Assembly: GCA_045654585.1 (NCBI GenBank)
Contig: JAZONS010000052.1
Location: 15,735-79,734 of the forward strand
Origin: Eubacteriales bacterium
Lineage (GTDB): Bacteria > Bacillota > Clostridia > Oscillospirales > CAG-272
Direction: 5' to 3'
Length of the DNA: 64,000 nt
Shown here: positions 28,395 through 38,780 of the stretch, piece by piece
Layout of the letters: every line of letters starts with the position of its first letter
Numbering within the stretch: position 1 is the first letter of the stretch
The notes under the pieces: generated by a model
What the model was told of the DNA's origin: nothing
Databases searched by the model: none
Seen by the model: the letters and a program-made list of their open reading frames with translations, nothing else
Program-made: the position numbers and the translations under genes

Positions 28395-29102
28395 ATGACA
28401 TGGTTTGAAAAAATATATGCTGTAATAAAGGGTCTTTTTATAGCTGTATATGTAGTTTTTGGGGTAATTTTTTCTTCAATACAATCCTTATATAATACAG
28501 CTATGTACGATGTTTTGGGATTCGCAAGGCCGCCCATTACCGTATTTTCATCGGGATCCAGTCAACTAGGTATGATTAGCTTTTCCGACATTGGTATGCA
28601 AAGGATATTAGTCGAATCTGATAAAGATTTATTTGATATTGATGACGTGAGTTTTGAAGTAAAGTACGGCACCTATTTAATAGATGAAAAGGAAAAGTAT
28701 GAAAACAAATATTATGATAATGATTTTTTTGCTCTTTACGCATGCGAAGAAAAATATCAGTATGGAATTGCAAGTATCGACATAAACGATTACAAGTCGA
28801 TTCCTAATTGGTACTATTTGTTTGAAGTACCTATGGGAGTAGCTTTTAAGGAAGAATATAGTTTTGATCTGAAAGGTTTGTTTAGAAAAATTGAGTATCA
28901 ACGCAGAGTTACCGTAAAAATTCCAAAGGAGATTTTCAGCGAAGAAAAAGGTGTTTTTTATCTCAAGTTTATCCCCCTTGAATATTACAACGACGGTTTA
29001 AGTAATTCATTCGGCTATGGTTACTCGTATAACGTACGTTTTTCTTATGAAAAGATGGATGAAAATACGGTTGATATATTCTTTAGAAATGAAGATCGTT
29101 AA
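28395..29102 (+). CDS. Membrane-anchored hypothetical protein (paralogue of the next gene)
   Basis: N-terminal TM helix. It shares motifs with the ORF at 29193, for example FFALYACEE vs FFVLYASES and IFSEEKGVFYLKF vs VFSKEEGKFYLLL. Confidence 0.6.
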   Translation: MTWFEKIYAVIKGLFIAVYVVFGVIFSSIQSLYNTAMYDVLGFARPPITVFSSGSSQLGMISFSDIGMQRILVESDKDLFDIDDVSFEVKYGTYLIDEKEKYENKYYDNDFFALYACEEKYQYGIASIDINDYKSIPNWYYLFEVPMGVAFKEEYSFDLKGLFRKIEYQRRVTVKIPKEIFSEEKGVFYLKFIPLEYYNDGLSNSFGYGYSYNVRFSYEKMDENTVDIFFRNEDR

Positions 29103-29192
29103 GACTTCGTTATAAAATATGATCCTTCGTCTGCAAAGGGAAATATTACGTTTTTTGAATATTTCTATATATCCCAAAAAGAGGTGAATCGA

Positions 29193-29909
29193 ATGAACAG
29201 ATTAACAAATTTAATATGCAAGCTTCTTTTCGTTTTGGTCATAGCTTCAATTTCGCTTACGGGATGCACTTTGAGGGTAAGAACGAGCTTATACGAAGCA
29301 GGGGTGTTTCGGGTTCCCGGATTTTTTGAGCAAAATCGTGATTACGTTGCTGTAAAATCCAACAGGAAAGTATTCGATAAATCGGGAGTTAAAATGAGAT
29401 TTATGGCAGGTCTTTATGAGTCCCGTGATAAAGATCCCGAAAGCGATTATTCACGTCGGTCGTTTTTCGTTCTTTACGCATCTGAGAGCGCTGATGACGA
29501 AGAGGAAATGATTTCCTTCCTTAATGAATTCAGAAAAAGAAACATAAATGATGGTAATTACGGTAAAAGTCATACTTTGAAAGATTATAAAAACGTTAAT
29601 AGTCATTTTTTGATACGTGAATTTTCGGGTGAAGAAGCTTTTTCGGGAATATTTGCATACGAAACCCATTATCTTCCGCTTTTTCATTCCGGTGTGTCTT
29701 ATAAAGACTCGATAGAAATAACGGTACCCGAATCGGTATTTTCAAAAGAAGAAGGAAAATTTTACTTATTGCTCCAGGGATTCGGATATAATTTGAATAT
29801 ACCCGAGAGATATGTATGCGGTTATAGCGGACATGTGACTCTCGGCTATAAAATGATTGATAGCGAAACCGTAGAAATTAATTTTAATGTTGAACAGTTA
29901 GAATCGTAA
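29193..29909 (+). CDS. Hypothetical lipoprotein (paralogue of the previous gene)
   Basis: The ATG at 29193 follows AGAGGTG. The lipobox-like sequence SLTGC is present. Confidence 0.6.
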   Translation: MNRLTNLICKLLFVLVIASISLTGCTLRVRTSLYEAGVFRVPGFFEQNRDYVAVKSNRKVFDKSGVKMRFMAGLYESRDKDPESDYSRRSFFVLYASESADDEEEMISFLNEFRKRNINDGNYGKSHTLKDYKNVNSHFLIREFSGEEAFSGIFAYETHYLPLFHSGVSYKDSIEITVPESVFSKEEGKFYLLLQGFGYNLNIPERYVCGYSGHVTLGYKMIDSETVEINFNVEQLES

Positions 29910-29970
29910 ACTTTACTATATAAAGAATGCATAGCAGAGTCATTTTTCCGCTATGCATTTTTTGTATTTA

Positions 29971-30123
29971 TTAAGCTCCCGTAGCGACTGCGAACACAAG
30001 GAAGAGAACGAGCAGCGCCGAGAGAGTTATAACGATAATATCCGCGCCGCGCTCGGTGAGCTTTATTCCGTCGTAAATGCTTCGCTTTTCAGTTTTGTTT
30101 TTTTCGTTTTTTGTTTCGTTCAT
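29971..30123 (-). CDS. Possible 50-aa single-pass membrane protein
   Basis: MNETKNEKNKTEKRSIYDGIKLTERGADIIVITLSALLVLFLVFAVATGA has a Lys-rich N-terminus and one TM helix. The RBS is weak and no homology evidence is available. Confidence 0.3.
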   Translation of the reverse strand: MNETKNEKNKTEKRSIYDGIKLTERGADIIVITLSALLVLFLVFAVATGA

Positions 30124-30228
30124 AGCCTTTTGCGCCACCCTTTCCCGAGATAAGCTCGGAGAGCCAAGCTTTCATGTTTTTGAACGCTTTTTTCATTTTC
30201 TTCGTAACTTTTTCGCTTTTCATCGCTT

Positions 30229-31344
30229 TCACTTTCTCGCAAGATATTTTCTCATATCAATAGCGCAGGCAAGAAGAATTATCAAGCCCTTTATGATATA
30301 GAGCAGATTCTGATCGACGGAGAGGAAGTTGAGACCTACGAAAATGATCTGCAAAAGAAGAACTCCGATAACGATACCGCCGATCTTACCCGTACCGCCG
30401 ACGAAGGAAACTCCGCCGATAACGCAGGCGGCGATGGCGTCACTCTCGTAGTTGAGTCCCGTATACGAAGCCGCCGAGCCTATTCGCGCGCCCTCGATAA
30501 ATCCCGTTATCGCGTACATTATACCCGCAAGCACGAAAACTCCGATGACCGTAAGAAATACGTTAACTCCCGAAACGTTTGCCGCCTCTTCGTTCGAGCC
30601 TACGGCAAACATATTTTTACCGAAGGTCGTTTTATTCCATATTACCCACATAACTGCCGTGAGAATAACGGAGTAGAGAACGTACTTAGGTATGGCAATA
30701 CCCCCAACCTTGAAGAGGGGTCCCGCGATAAAGTCAAGATATTTTCCGTCAAGTCCCGAGAGAGTCTGACCGCCGTTCGAGCCTATCTGCAGGAAAAGAA
30801 GGATAAGTCCGTAGATTATAAGCTGAGTCGATAGCGTTACGATAAACGGATGAAGTTTGAACTTCGCAACGAAAAATCCGTTGACAAAGCCGATAGCCGC
30901 GCCGACCAGTACGACCGCAAGGATAACGACGGGGATAGGCAGGGGATCGAGTCCCGGGAATATCTTTGCAGAATAGCCTGCGCTTTGAAGGAATGCGGCT
31001 GTGATACAAGCAGTAAGACCGACCGCGCGGCCTGCCGAAATATCCGTACCCGTAAGAACTATCGCTCCCGCTATACCAAGAGCTATCGGAAGTCTTGCCG
31101 CGGTCAAGGATATTATGTTTATAACCGAAGCTGTCGAGAGAAATCTCGGCTTCATTATGGCGATAACGATAACCGCGAGAATTATCATTATAAACATTGC
31201 GTTATTGAGAAGAGTGTCAGTTATTTTCTTTCTCTTATCCTCACGCGAAAGCGAGTTGAAATCTTTGAACTTATCCTTAACGTTGTTTCCCATACCGTGA
31301 AAAGCACCCGCTATTTTTTCTCGGTAGCTTTTGTTTTCTTCCAT
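30229..31344 (-). CDS. mglC: Sugar ABC transporter permease (CUT2, MglC-like)
   Basis: 371-aa polytopic permease downstream of the mglA-like gene. Confidence 0.7.
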   Translation of the reverse strand: MEENKSYREKIAGAFHGMGNNVKDKFKDFNSLSREDKRKKITDTLLNNAMFIMIILAVIVIAIMKPRFLSTASVINIISLTAARLPIALGIAGAIVLTGTDISAGRAVGLTACITAAFLQSAGYSAKIFPGLDPLPIPVVILAVVLVGAAIGFVNGFFVAKFKLHPFIVTLSTQLIIYGLILLFLQIGSNGGQTLSGLDGKYLDFIAGPLFKVGGIAIPKYVLYSVILTAVMWVIWNKTTFGKNMFAVGSNEEAANVSGVNVFLTVIGVFVLAGIMYAITGFIEGARIGSAASYTGLNYESDAIAACVIGGVSFVGGTGKIGGIVIGVLLLQIIFVGLNFLSVDQNLLYIIKGLIILLACAIDMRKYLARK

Positions 31345-31369
31345 ATAAACTCCTGATATGATTTGAGAT

Positions 31370-32869
31370 TCAGACGTATTTTGCAGCGAGGCTCATTATT
31401 TCCTCTTGCGAGGCAGATGCCTCGACCGTACCCGCAAGTCTTCCGCCCGACATTACCATAATTCTGTCGCAAAGGCCCAGAAGCTCGGGCATCTCGGATG
31501 AAACGAGTATCACTCCGCATCCTCGCTCCGCAAGCTCGCCGATAAGCTGATATATCTCGTATTTTGCTCCGACGTCAATTCCTCGCGTCGGCTCATCGAG
31601 CAAGAGCACCGTCGGTTCTGTGAGCAGCCACCTCGCGAAGATTACCTTCTGCTGATTACCGCCCGAGAGCGAGCGTATTTTCGTTTCCTCGCTCGGCGTT
31701 TTTATATTTAGACGTTTTATATATTCCTTAGTCTTTTCGTTCATCATTCTTTTCGAGAGCAGAGGACCGCGCAAAAACGACGAGAGGGAAGATATGACCG
31801 TGTTTTCCCTTATACCGAGAATACCGAATATACCTGCCGAGCGGCGCTCCTCTGTAACGAACGCGAAGCCGTTTTTTATGGACTCGCGAGGGTTTTCGTT
31901 CTGTATTTTCTCACCGTCGAGGAAAAGCTCGCCACTCCTTCTCGTTGCCGTGCCGAAGATATTCTCAAGCAGCTCGGTGCGCCCCGCGCCGTCGAGCCCC
32001 GAGATACCGAGTATCTCGCCTCGGTGAAGCGTAAACGAAACGTCGGAAAGGTGAGAATATTCGGCAGAGATTCCACGAGCCTCGAAGAGCGGCTTGCCGA
32101 TATTCCTTTTTCGCTCGGGATATCTCTCGGTAAGCTCGCGCCCGACCATAAGTCTGATTATCTCATCGGTGGTGATGCTCTTCGCATCGCGAGTCGCAAT
32201 GTGCACCCCGTCACGCATAACCGTGACCTCGTCGGAGATGCGGAGAATCTCTTCCATCTTGTGCGAAATGTAGATGATACCGCATCCGTCAGACTTGAGC
32301 TTTTCTATGATAGCGAAAAGCTTCTCTGCCTCCTCGCCGTTAAGGGAGGACGTGGGCTCGTCGAAAACGATGACTCTCGCGTTATACGATACCGCCTTTG
32401 CGATCTCTATCATCTGCCTCTCGGAAACAGACATCCTTTCCATCTTCGTCTCGGGATCAGTGCCGATACCGAGAGAGAGAAGTACTTCCTTCGTTTTTCT
32501 TATCATCTCACGTGTGTTGACAAAGGGGAGAGCTTTCGCATATTTTGGAAATCTGCCGAGCCACATATTTTCCGCAACTGTAAGCTTCAGTGCCTGATTT
32601 AACTCCTGGTGCACCATAGCAACGCCGTGAGTCAAGGCATCCTTCGAATTTTTGAACTCGACAGCTTCTCCGTCAAGATAAATTTCCCCCGAGTCCTTTT
32701 CGTAAACACCGAAAAGGCACTTCATAAGAGTTGATTTACCTGCTCCGTTTTCACCCATAAGCGCGTGCGTTGTACCGCTCTTCAGCTCGAAGGATACGTT
32801 GTTCAGCGCACGCACTCCGGGAAAGCTTTTAGAGATGTTCTCCATACGGAGAAGAACGTCATTTTTCAT
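31370..32869 (-). CDS. mglA: Sugar ABC transporter ATP-binding protein, duplicated ABC domains (MglA-like)
   Basis: The sequence closely tracks E. coli MglA (SFPGVRALNNV, HALMGENGAGKSTLMKCLFGVY, LSGGNQQKV). The ATG at 32869 overlaps the end of the binding-protein gene. Confidence 0.8.
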   Translation of the reverse strand: MKNDVLLRMENISKSFPGVRALNNVSFELKSGTTHALMGENGAGKSTLMKCLFGVYEKDSGEIYLDGEAVEFKNSKDALTHGVAMVHQELNQALKLTVAENMWLGRFPKYAKALPFVNTREMIRKTKEVLLSLGIGTDPETKMERMSVSERQMIEIAKAVSYNARVIVFDEPTSSLNGEEAEKLFAIIEKLKSDGCGIIYISHKMEEILRISDEVTVMRDGVHIATRDAKSITTDEIIRLMVGRELTERYPERKRNIGKPLFEARGISAEYSHLSDVSFTLHRGEILGISGLDGAGRTELLENIFGTATRRSGELFLDGEKIQNENPRESIKNGFAFVTEERRSAGIFGILGIRENTVISSLSSFLRGPLLSKRMMNEKTKEYIKRLNIKTPSEETKIRSLSGGNQQKVIFARWLLTEPTVLLLDEPTRGIDVGAKYEIYQLIGELAERGCGVILVSSEMPELLGLCDRIMVMSGGRLAGTVEASASQEEIMSLAAKYV

Positions 32870-33938
32870 TTTTATCGGTGCCGTCCTGAGTATAAGGCGC
32901 ATAAGGGATGTTAACTCTCCAATTGCCTACAACGTTATCCTTGTCAATAGTATCAAAATAGGACTTTGCGCTGAGCATATTCTGCGCCACCTTCACGATA
33001 ACGTCTGCCATACCCTCGGCATCTTGCTTGATAGTTCCTGCCATTGAGCCGTCTTTTATCTTAGATATCGCGCCTTCGGTTGCATCAATGCCGAAAACGG
33101 GAATAGTCTTACCGCCCGATTTGTTGTAACCAATCTCTTGTAATGCGGAAATTGCGCCGAGCGCCATTTCATCGTTATTTGCTATAACGAGCTCAACCAT
33201 ATTGCCGCCCTTTTCACTGTAAGCGGAAAGGATAGTTTTCATATAATCGTTTGCCGCCTGAGCAGACCAGTTTCCGCCCTGGTCAACGAGATATTTGCCG
33301 TTGTTATTCGCATCGTAGAAGACGAGTCCCGACTTTCCCGCATCGGTGAGTATCTTGTTTGCGTCCTCAGCGCCGTATTTTGTACGCGCCTCAGCCTCGG
33401 CGTTGCCTTGCTCGCCCTTGAACATAACGTAGGATATCTTACCGTCACCGTTAAGGTCACAGGCAGCATAGTTTTTCAAAATATAGTTGCCGATAAGCTC
33501 GCCCTGCATATGACCCGCCATCTCATAGTCCGTGCCGACGAAAACGCACTTTTCATAGCTCGAAACTACCTCCTCACTAACGGAGCGGTTAAAGAATATA
33601 ACGGGGATATCCGCCGCTCGAGCCTTACCGATTACGGTTTTAGCGGCATCGTCGGAGCCTGTGTCAACTATATTGACGATAAGCAAGCGCGAGCCCTTGG
33701 CTATGGCGGTATCGATCTGCTCGGTCTGCGTTGTCTGATTGCTGTTTGCATCATAATTGTTGTAGTCAAGTCCCGCGGCCTTCAGCATTTTATCAATAGA
33801 GGAACGGACGGTCGAAATGTACGTATCACTGTAGGTATAGTAGAATACGGATATCTCGCCCTCACCCTTACCGCCGCACGAGGTAAGGCAGAATAGCAAA
33901 GAAGTTATAACAAGAAGCAGACAAATTGTTTTTTTCAT
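32859..33938 (-). CDS. mglB: Sugar ABC transporter substrate-binding lipoprotein (MglB-like)
   Basis: The likely start MKKTICLLLVITSLLFCLTSCGG carries a lipobox. First gene of the mgl-like operon. Confidence 0.7.
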   Translation of the reverse strand: MKKTICLLLVITSLLFCLTSCGGKGEGEISVFYYTYSDTYISTVRSSIDKMLKAAGLDYNNYDANSNQTTQTEQIDTAIAKGSRLLIVNIVDTGSDDAAKTVIGKARAADIPVIFFNRSVSEEVVSSYEKCVFVGTDYEMAGHMQGELIGNYILKNYAACDLNGDGKISYVMFKGEQGNAEAEARTKYGAEDANKILTDAGKSGLVFYDANNNGKYLVDQGGNWSAQAANDYMKTILSAYSEKGGNMVELVIANNDEMALGAISALQEIGYNKSGGKTIPVFGIDATEGAISKIKDGSMAGTIKQDAEGMADVIVKVAQNMLSAKSYFDTIDKDNVVGNWRVNIPYAPYTQDGTDKNEK

Positions 33939-33994
33939 CTTTGATCTCCCTTCGATCTCAGTATGCTGTCTCAAATGCGATTTTGAGACAACCA

Positions 33995-34135
33995 CGCCTT
34001 GGGGAAAGGCAGATTTAGGCGAGAATCGTTGTTTCTCAAGGCGTGAGGCGTACGAGTGTACGTCGAGCCATGAGAGGCGCGGTAGAAAAAATCCATAAAA
34101 ACAGAAGAAATTCGTAGAATTTCAACCTTTTATTG
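33995..34135 (-). repeat. Copy of the dispersed structured repeat, lying in the mglB leader
   Basis: The minus strand reads AAGGTTGAAATTC-TAC-GAATTTC ... CGACGTACACTCGTACGCCTCACG. The order matches the 11277-11800 units, with compensatory changes in the first hairpin. Confidence 0.7.
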
Positions 34136-34328
34136 TCTCATTTATATTTTTTGTTCAGTTGAAGGTTGTTTTTATACCCTCTTAGGATTTTTTCGGTCTC
34201 GTCAAATGTGACATCCCCGGCATAACTGTATTTTTTTCAAACTTTACGTATTTTATTCAATGAGTTTGCTTGCAAAAGAGAGAATTGTATGATAAAATAA
34301 ATTAAAACGCAAAAAAGGAGGCAAGGCT

Positions 34329-35909
34329 GTGATTAAAACGGAAATAACAGTAGATATAAATTATAATACAGAAACAATTAAAGATTCTATTTGCAAAGCT
34401 TTGCCCGTTTCGCGCGAAGAGATAGGCGAAGTCAGAATTTTAAAAAAGACGCTGAAAATAGAAGAGCGAAAATATTTTGCGCTCTCACTCGGTATAGAAT
34501 TTTCAGCCGAGAGGGAAGCGGGGCTTCTCAAAATGAGAAAAAAGGTCTCTCCTTGCCCCGACTATGACCTGAAGCTCCCCGAGGTTAAGGGAGGCACACG
34601 ACCTGTAGTTGTAGGCGCAGGTCCCGCGGGACTCTTTGCAGCGTTGACCTTAGCGGAGTCAGGGTTATCCCCAATAGTCCTCGAGAGAGGGGACCGTGTT
34701 GAAGAAAGACGTAAAAAGGTATCGGTATTCTTTACCGCAAAGGAACTTGATACCGAGTCGAATATTCAGTTCGGAGAAGGAGGCGCCGGCGCATTTTCCG
34801 ACGGTAAGCTAAAGGTCGGCGGTATGGATAAGTATAAATATAAGGTGCTGGAGGAATTCGTCAAGGCGGGCGCACCCGAGGATATTATTTATACCGTAGG
34901 CGCGCATCTCGGAACGGATAAGCTCCCTACTTACGTTAAAAATATAAGAGAAAAAATCATCTCCCTCGGCGGTGAATTTATATATCGAGCAAGGCTCACC
35001 AAAATAGAAAATAAAAACGGCTCCGTTACGGGAGCTGTATACGAGAAGAACGGCAAAGAAGAGAGAATAGATACCGACCGTGTTATTTTAGCAACCGGGC
35101 ATAGCGCAAAGGATAGCTTTGAGATGCTGAAGGAAATGGGCGTTCCGATGGAGTCGAGGGGATTCGGTATCGGTGTCCGTCTTGAGCATAAAAGAGAGTA
35201 TATAAACGAGCTGATACTTGGTGAGGCAGAGCCGCCTATCGAGATCGGAACTGCGAGCTACCACTTAGTTACGCACCTTCCTTCGGGCAGGAGCGTGTAT
35301 AGCTTTTGCATGTGTCCCGGGGGAACTGTCGTTGCGGCGGCAAGCGAAAGCTTTGGTATCGTAACGAACGGTATGAGTGAAGAGGCGCGCCTTGCCGATA
35401 ACTCGAATGCCGCAATTCTCGTGTCTGTAACTCCTTCCGACTTCGGCTCGGATGACGTACTCTCGGGTCTTGAGTTCCAAAGAAAAATAGAGCGCGCGGC
35501 ATTTACCTCGGCGGGCGCGGATTATACCGCTCCGTCCATTGAGCTCGATTGCTTTATGAAAAACGAAAGACCAAGACTTTCGAAATCCGTTGGAGCAAGC
35601 TACCCGTGCGGAGTTTTACCCGTATTGGCTGAGGAGTATCTCCCGAGCTTTGTCACGGATTCGTTAAGAGCCGCTATGACCGATTTTGACGATTATCTTC
35701 GCGGCTTCTATTGCCCCGAGGCGCTTATTACGGGCGCGGAAACGCGCTCCACCTCACCCATACGTGTTTTAAGAGATGATAATTTCGTATCTCCGTCACT
35801 CTCGGGACTTTACCCGATAGGTGAGGGTGCAGGCTATGCGGGCGGTATCGTTTCCTCGGGAGTTGACGGCGTCAGATGCGCGGAGAAAATCATTTTTGAG
35901 CTTCTTTAA
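34329..35909 (+). CDS. FAD-dependent protein (COG2509-like NAD(FAD)-utilising dehydrogenase)
   Basis: GTG start after AGGAGG. Dinucleotide motif VVVGAGPAGLFAAL. Confidence 0.7.
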   Translation: MIKTEITVDINYNTETIKDSICKALPVSREEIGEVRILKKTLKIEERKYFALSLGIEFSAEREAGLLKMRKKVSPCPDYDLKLPEVKGGTRPVVVGAGPAGLFAALTLAESGLSPIVLERGDRVEERRKKVSVFFTAKELDTESNIQFGEGGAGAFSDGKLKVGGMDKYKYKVLEEFVKAGAPEDIIYTVGAHLGTDKLPTYVKNIREKIISLGGEFIYRARLTKIENKNGSVTGAVYEKNGKEERIDTDRVILATGHSAKDSFEMLKEMGVPMESRGFGIGVRLEHKREYINELILGEAEPPIEIGTASYHLVTHLPSGRSVYSFCMCPGGTVVAAASESFGIVTNGMSEEARLADNSNAAILVSVTPSDFGSDDVLSGLEFQRKIERAAFTSAGADYTAPSIELDCFMKNERPRLSKSVGASYPCGVLPVLAEEYLPSFVTDSLRAAMTDFDDYLRGFYCPEALITGAETRSTSPIRVLRDDNFVSPSLSGLYPIGEGAGYAGGIVSSGVDGVRCAEKIIFELL

Positions 35910-36035
35910 GTTAGTATTTTATAATTTACTTGCTGCGTTTATTAAGAACGGATCGTGCAATACAATGTAATACAATAGAAATTATGCTGCAGTAAAATGC
36001 AATTAATTAAAGAAAAGTACAATATTACAGCAAAA

Positions 36036-36074
36036 TAAAAAAGCGGACTTTCAATTGCGAAAGTCCGCTTTTTG
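36036..36074. terminator. Bidirectional terminator
   Basis: gcggacttt-caattgcg-aaagtccgc, flanked by A- and T-runs. Confidence 0.75.
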
Positions 36075-36106
36075 TAAACAATTGTTTTAAATACGGTTAT
36101 ATTTAA

Positions 36107-37330
36107 TTAAAATGCCCACTCGCCGTTATCGAAGATCTTATGCTCTTTACCGTTCTTATCAATACCGATAATGGAAAGATCGCGAGTTCCGATCATAAAG
36201 TCAACGTGGCTGACCGAGTCGTTGATGCCCATTGCGTGAGCTTCGTCGTCAGTGTACTTCTCAAAGTCGCGGAGAACGTTTGTGAAGCCCATACCTACCG
36301 CAAGGTGGCACGCCGCATTCTCATCGTAAAGAGTGTTGTAGAAGAGAACGCCGCTTTGTCTGATAGGAGAGGAGTAGGGAACGAGAGCGCATTCGCCGAG
36401 GTAGCACGCGCCTTCGTCAATAGAAAGCATTTCACCAAGGAGCTCGCCGTTCTTTTCAGCGCCCGACTCGACTACCTTACCGCCCTCAAACCTCATCCAG
36501 AAGTTTTCGATAAGCTGACCGCCGTAGGAGAGAGGAAGAGAGGAATAAACGATACCTTCAGCCTCACCCTTCATAGGAGATGTGAATACCTCTTCTGTGG
36601 GGATATTGGGATTGAAATAAACGCCCGAGAGTGTTGTATCACCGCCGCCGCAGAAGAGCGCCTCGGGAATAAGACCAACCGTAAGGTCGGTTCCGTTTGC
36701 CGAGTGATAAACGAGCTTTCTGAGCTCAAGTGAGTTGATGTAGTCGCATCTTTCCTTGAAATTCTTGTTGTGCTTATCCCACTCAGCGATAGGATCGTCG
36801 TAAACGCGTGAGGTATCAAGAATAGCCTCCCAGAGCTTTTCAATAGCGGTAGAAGTTCTCATACCGGGGAACACCTTCTTTGCCCATTCGGGACCGGGAA
36901 CACCCGCGATACACCACTGATAGCGGTTTTCCATCTGACGTCTGATAGGCTTTATAGCGAGAGCTCTGGCAGATCTTGCCTTTGCGTACTTCTTCTGATT
37001 GATACCCTTAAGACCGTCGGGGTCCTCCGAGGTGAGGTATATCTTTGCAGGGAGAACCTCAAGCTGATGCTCCCATTTTTTCATTACCCAATCGTCAAGA
37101 GTTGCGAGAGTCTTTGAGCTCTGGTATCTGATAGCGAGCTTCTCAAGCGGCTGATAGCTCCAATCTACGTTGACTTTCTTTGCGCCGAGCTTGTAGCACT
37201 CCTCAACGAGTATCTTAACGAACTCGGGCTGATCAAGCTCGGCGGAGATTATAACCTCCTGTCCCTTCTGTATATTCGCACCCTGTTTTGCGATGAGCTT
37301 TGCATATTTTCTGAGTCTTGTCTTATTCAT
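36107..37330 (-). CDS. M29 family aminopeptidase (AmpS/PepS-like)
   Basis: The N-terminus MNKTRLRKYAKLIAKQGANIQKGQEV is typical of aminopeptidase II. Length is 407 aa. Confidence 0.75.
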   Translation of the reverse strand: MNKTRLRKYAKLIAKQGANIQKGQEVIISAELDQPEFVKILVEECYKLGAKKVNVDWSYQPLEKLAIRYQSSKTLATLDDWVMKKWEHQLEVLPAKIYLTSEDPDGLKGINQKKYAKARSARALAIKPIRRQMENRYQWCIAGVPGPEWAKKVFPGMRTSTAIEKLWEAILDTSRVYDDPIAEWDKHNKNFKERCDYINSLELRKLVYHSANGTDLTVGLIPEALFCGGGDTTLSGVYFNPNIPTEEVFTSPMKGEAEGIVYSSLPLSYGGQLIENFWMRFEGGKVVESGAEKNGELLGEMLSIDEGACYLGECALVPYSSPIRQSGVLFYNTLYDENAACHLAVGMGFTNVLRDFEKYTDDEAHAMGINDSVSHVDFMIGTRDLSIIGIDKNGKEHKIFDNGEWAF

Positions 37331-37355
37331 TTTAATTCTCCCTTTTCAAGAATAT

Positions 37356-38780
37356 TTATATTTCCTTTAAAACGTTAATGAGGTAATCCCATACGCGTGC
37401 GGTTGAGCTTATCGAAAGATGCTCCTCGGTCGTATGGATATCATAGTTGTCGGGGCCGAGTGAAATGCAATCAAGTCCCTCAATCTTATCGGAGAAGATA
37501 CCGCATTCAAGACCCGCGTGGATCGTGATGACCTTTGCTTCCTTGCCGTACATTTCATAGAATACTCGGCAGGCGATCTCTCTTATATGCGACTCTGCCT
37601 TGTACTCCCAAGCGGGGTATTCACCTCTTGTGGAGATAGCCGCGCCGTTCCTCTCGGCGATACCGCGCAGATTTGCGATAAGAGCCGCCTTGGCGTCAGC
37701 CTTTGCGGAGCGCACGGAAACCGTCATATGGAAAACTCCGCCCTCGAGCCTTACGATACCGATATTCTCGGAGCTCTCCGGGAGTCCTTCGATCTCGCGG
37801 CTCATAGCGATAACGCCCGATTCGGTTTCGTTGATAATAGCGAGAACAGTGTCGCTCGACGCCTTGTCAAGTATGGGGGTATCAAAGCTTACAGCTTCAA
37901 GCGTAAGAGTAACGCCGCCGTCGGTGTCACGGTATTCCTTCTTGTATTCGGCATCTGCCGCACGTACGACGGAAGCTACGTCGCAGTCCGAGGTAAAATA
38001 TGCCGTGCATTCTCTCGGTATAGCATTATCGGCGTTTCCGCCGCATATATCTGCAAGGCGCACGTCGGAGATAGAACCGAGCACCCTTGCGAGAAGCTTT
38101 ATTGCGTTAGCTCTGCCGCGGTCGATCTCAACGCCGCTGTGTCCGCCGAGCAGACCCGATACGGTGAGCTTATACTGCTTGCCGCATCCGTCGGCAGTAC
38201 TTACGGGAAGTGTTATATCGTTTCTCGCGCCGCCAGCGCAGCCAACCGTAAAGATGCCCTCGTCGTCAGAGTCGATATTTATCATTATCTTACCGGAAAG
38301 CACAGATGCGTCGAGCGCTCCCGCGCCGAGAAGACCTATCTCCTCGTCCGATGTAAAGAGGCATTCGAGCGCAGGATGAGCGATAGTATCGGAATCGAGA
38401 AGTGCCAAGCAGTAAGCAACGGCAACGCCGTCATCACCGCCGAGCGTTGTTCCGCGCGCCCTGAGGAAATCTCCGTCGCGGTAAACCTCGAGTCCTTCTG
38501 TCTGCATATCCTTGTCCGAGTCGGGGAGCTTTTCAGCAACCATATCGGTGTGTCCCTGAATAATAACGGTGGGGCGGTTCTCAAAGCCTGCCGTTGCGGC
38601 TTTTTTAATAACTACGTTATCTGCCGCATCGCGGTAGTATTCAAGTCCGCGCGCCTTTGCGAAATCAACGAGATAATCTGCGATAGGCGCGGTATTACCC
38701 GAGCCGTGAGGTATTTTCGATATCTCGAGAAAATATCCGAATACGGCTTCGGCATTTTTATGATCACTGAAGTTTATCAT
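37356..38780 (-). CDS. pepD: Xaa-His dipeptidase (M20C, PepD)
   Basis: The start MINFSDHKNAEAVFGYFLEISKIPHGSGN follows an AAGGA RBS. IIQGHTDMV and DEEIGLLGA are M20 motifs. Confidence 0.8.
   Translation of the reverse strand: MINFSDHKNAEAVFGYFLEISKIPHGSGNTAPIADYLVDFAKARGLEYYRDAADNVVIKKAATAGFENRPTVIIQGHTDMVAEKLPDSDKDMQTEGLEVYRDGDFLRARGTTLGGDDGVAVAYCLALLDSDTIAHPALECLFTSDEEIGLLGAGALDASVLSGKIMINIDSDDEGIFTVGCAGGARNDITLPVSTADGCGKQYKLTVSGLLGGHSGVEIDRGRANAIKLLARVLGSISDVRLADICGGNADNAIPRECTAYFTSDCDVASVVRAADAEYKKEYRDTDGGVTLTLEAVSFDTPILDKASSDTVLAIINETESGVIAMSREIEGLPESSENIGIVRLEGGVFHMTVSVRSAKADAKAALIANLRGIAERNGAAISTRGEYPAWEYKAESHIREIACRVFYEMYGKEAKVITIHAGLECGIFSDKIEGLDCISLGPDNYDIHTTEEHLSISSTARVWDYLINVLKEI

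Noticed and set aside
30125-30221. A second small minus-strand ORF (MKSEKVTKKMKKAFKNMKAWLSELISGKGGAKGYERNKKRKKQN) directly after mglC.
   Set aside because: It overlaps the more plausible 50-aa membrane ORF in another frame, is highly basic low complexity, and has no convincing RBS.
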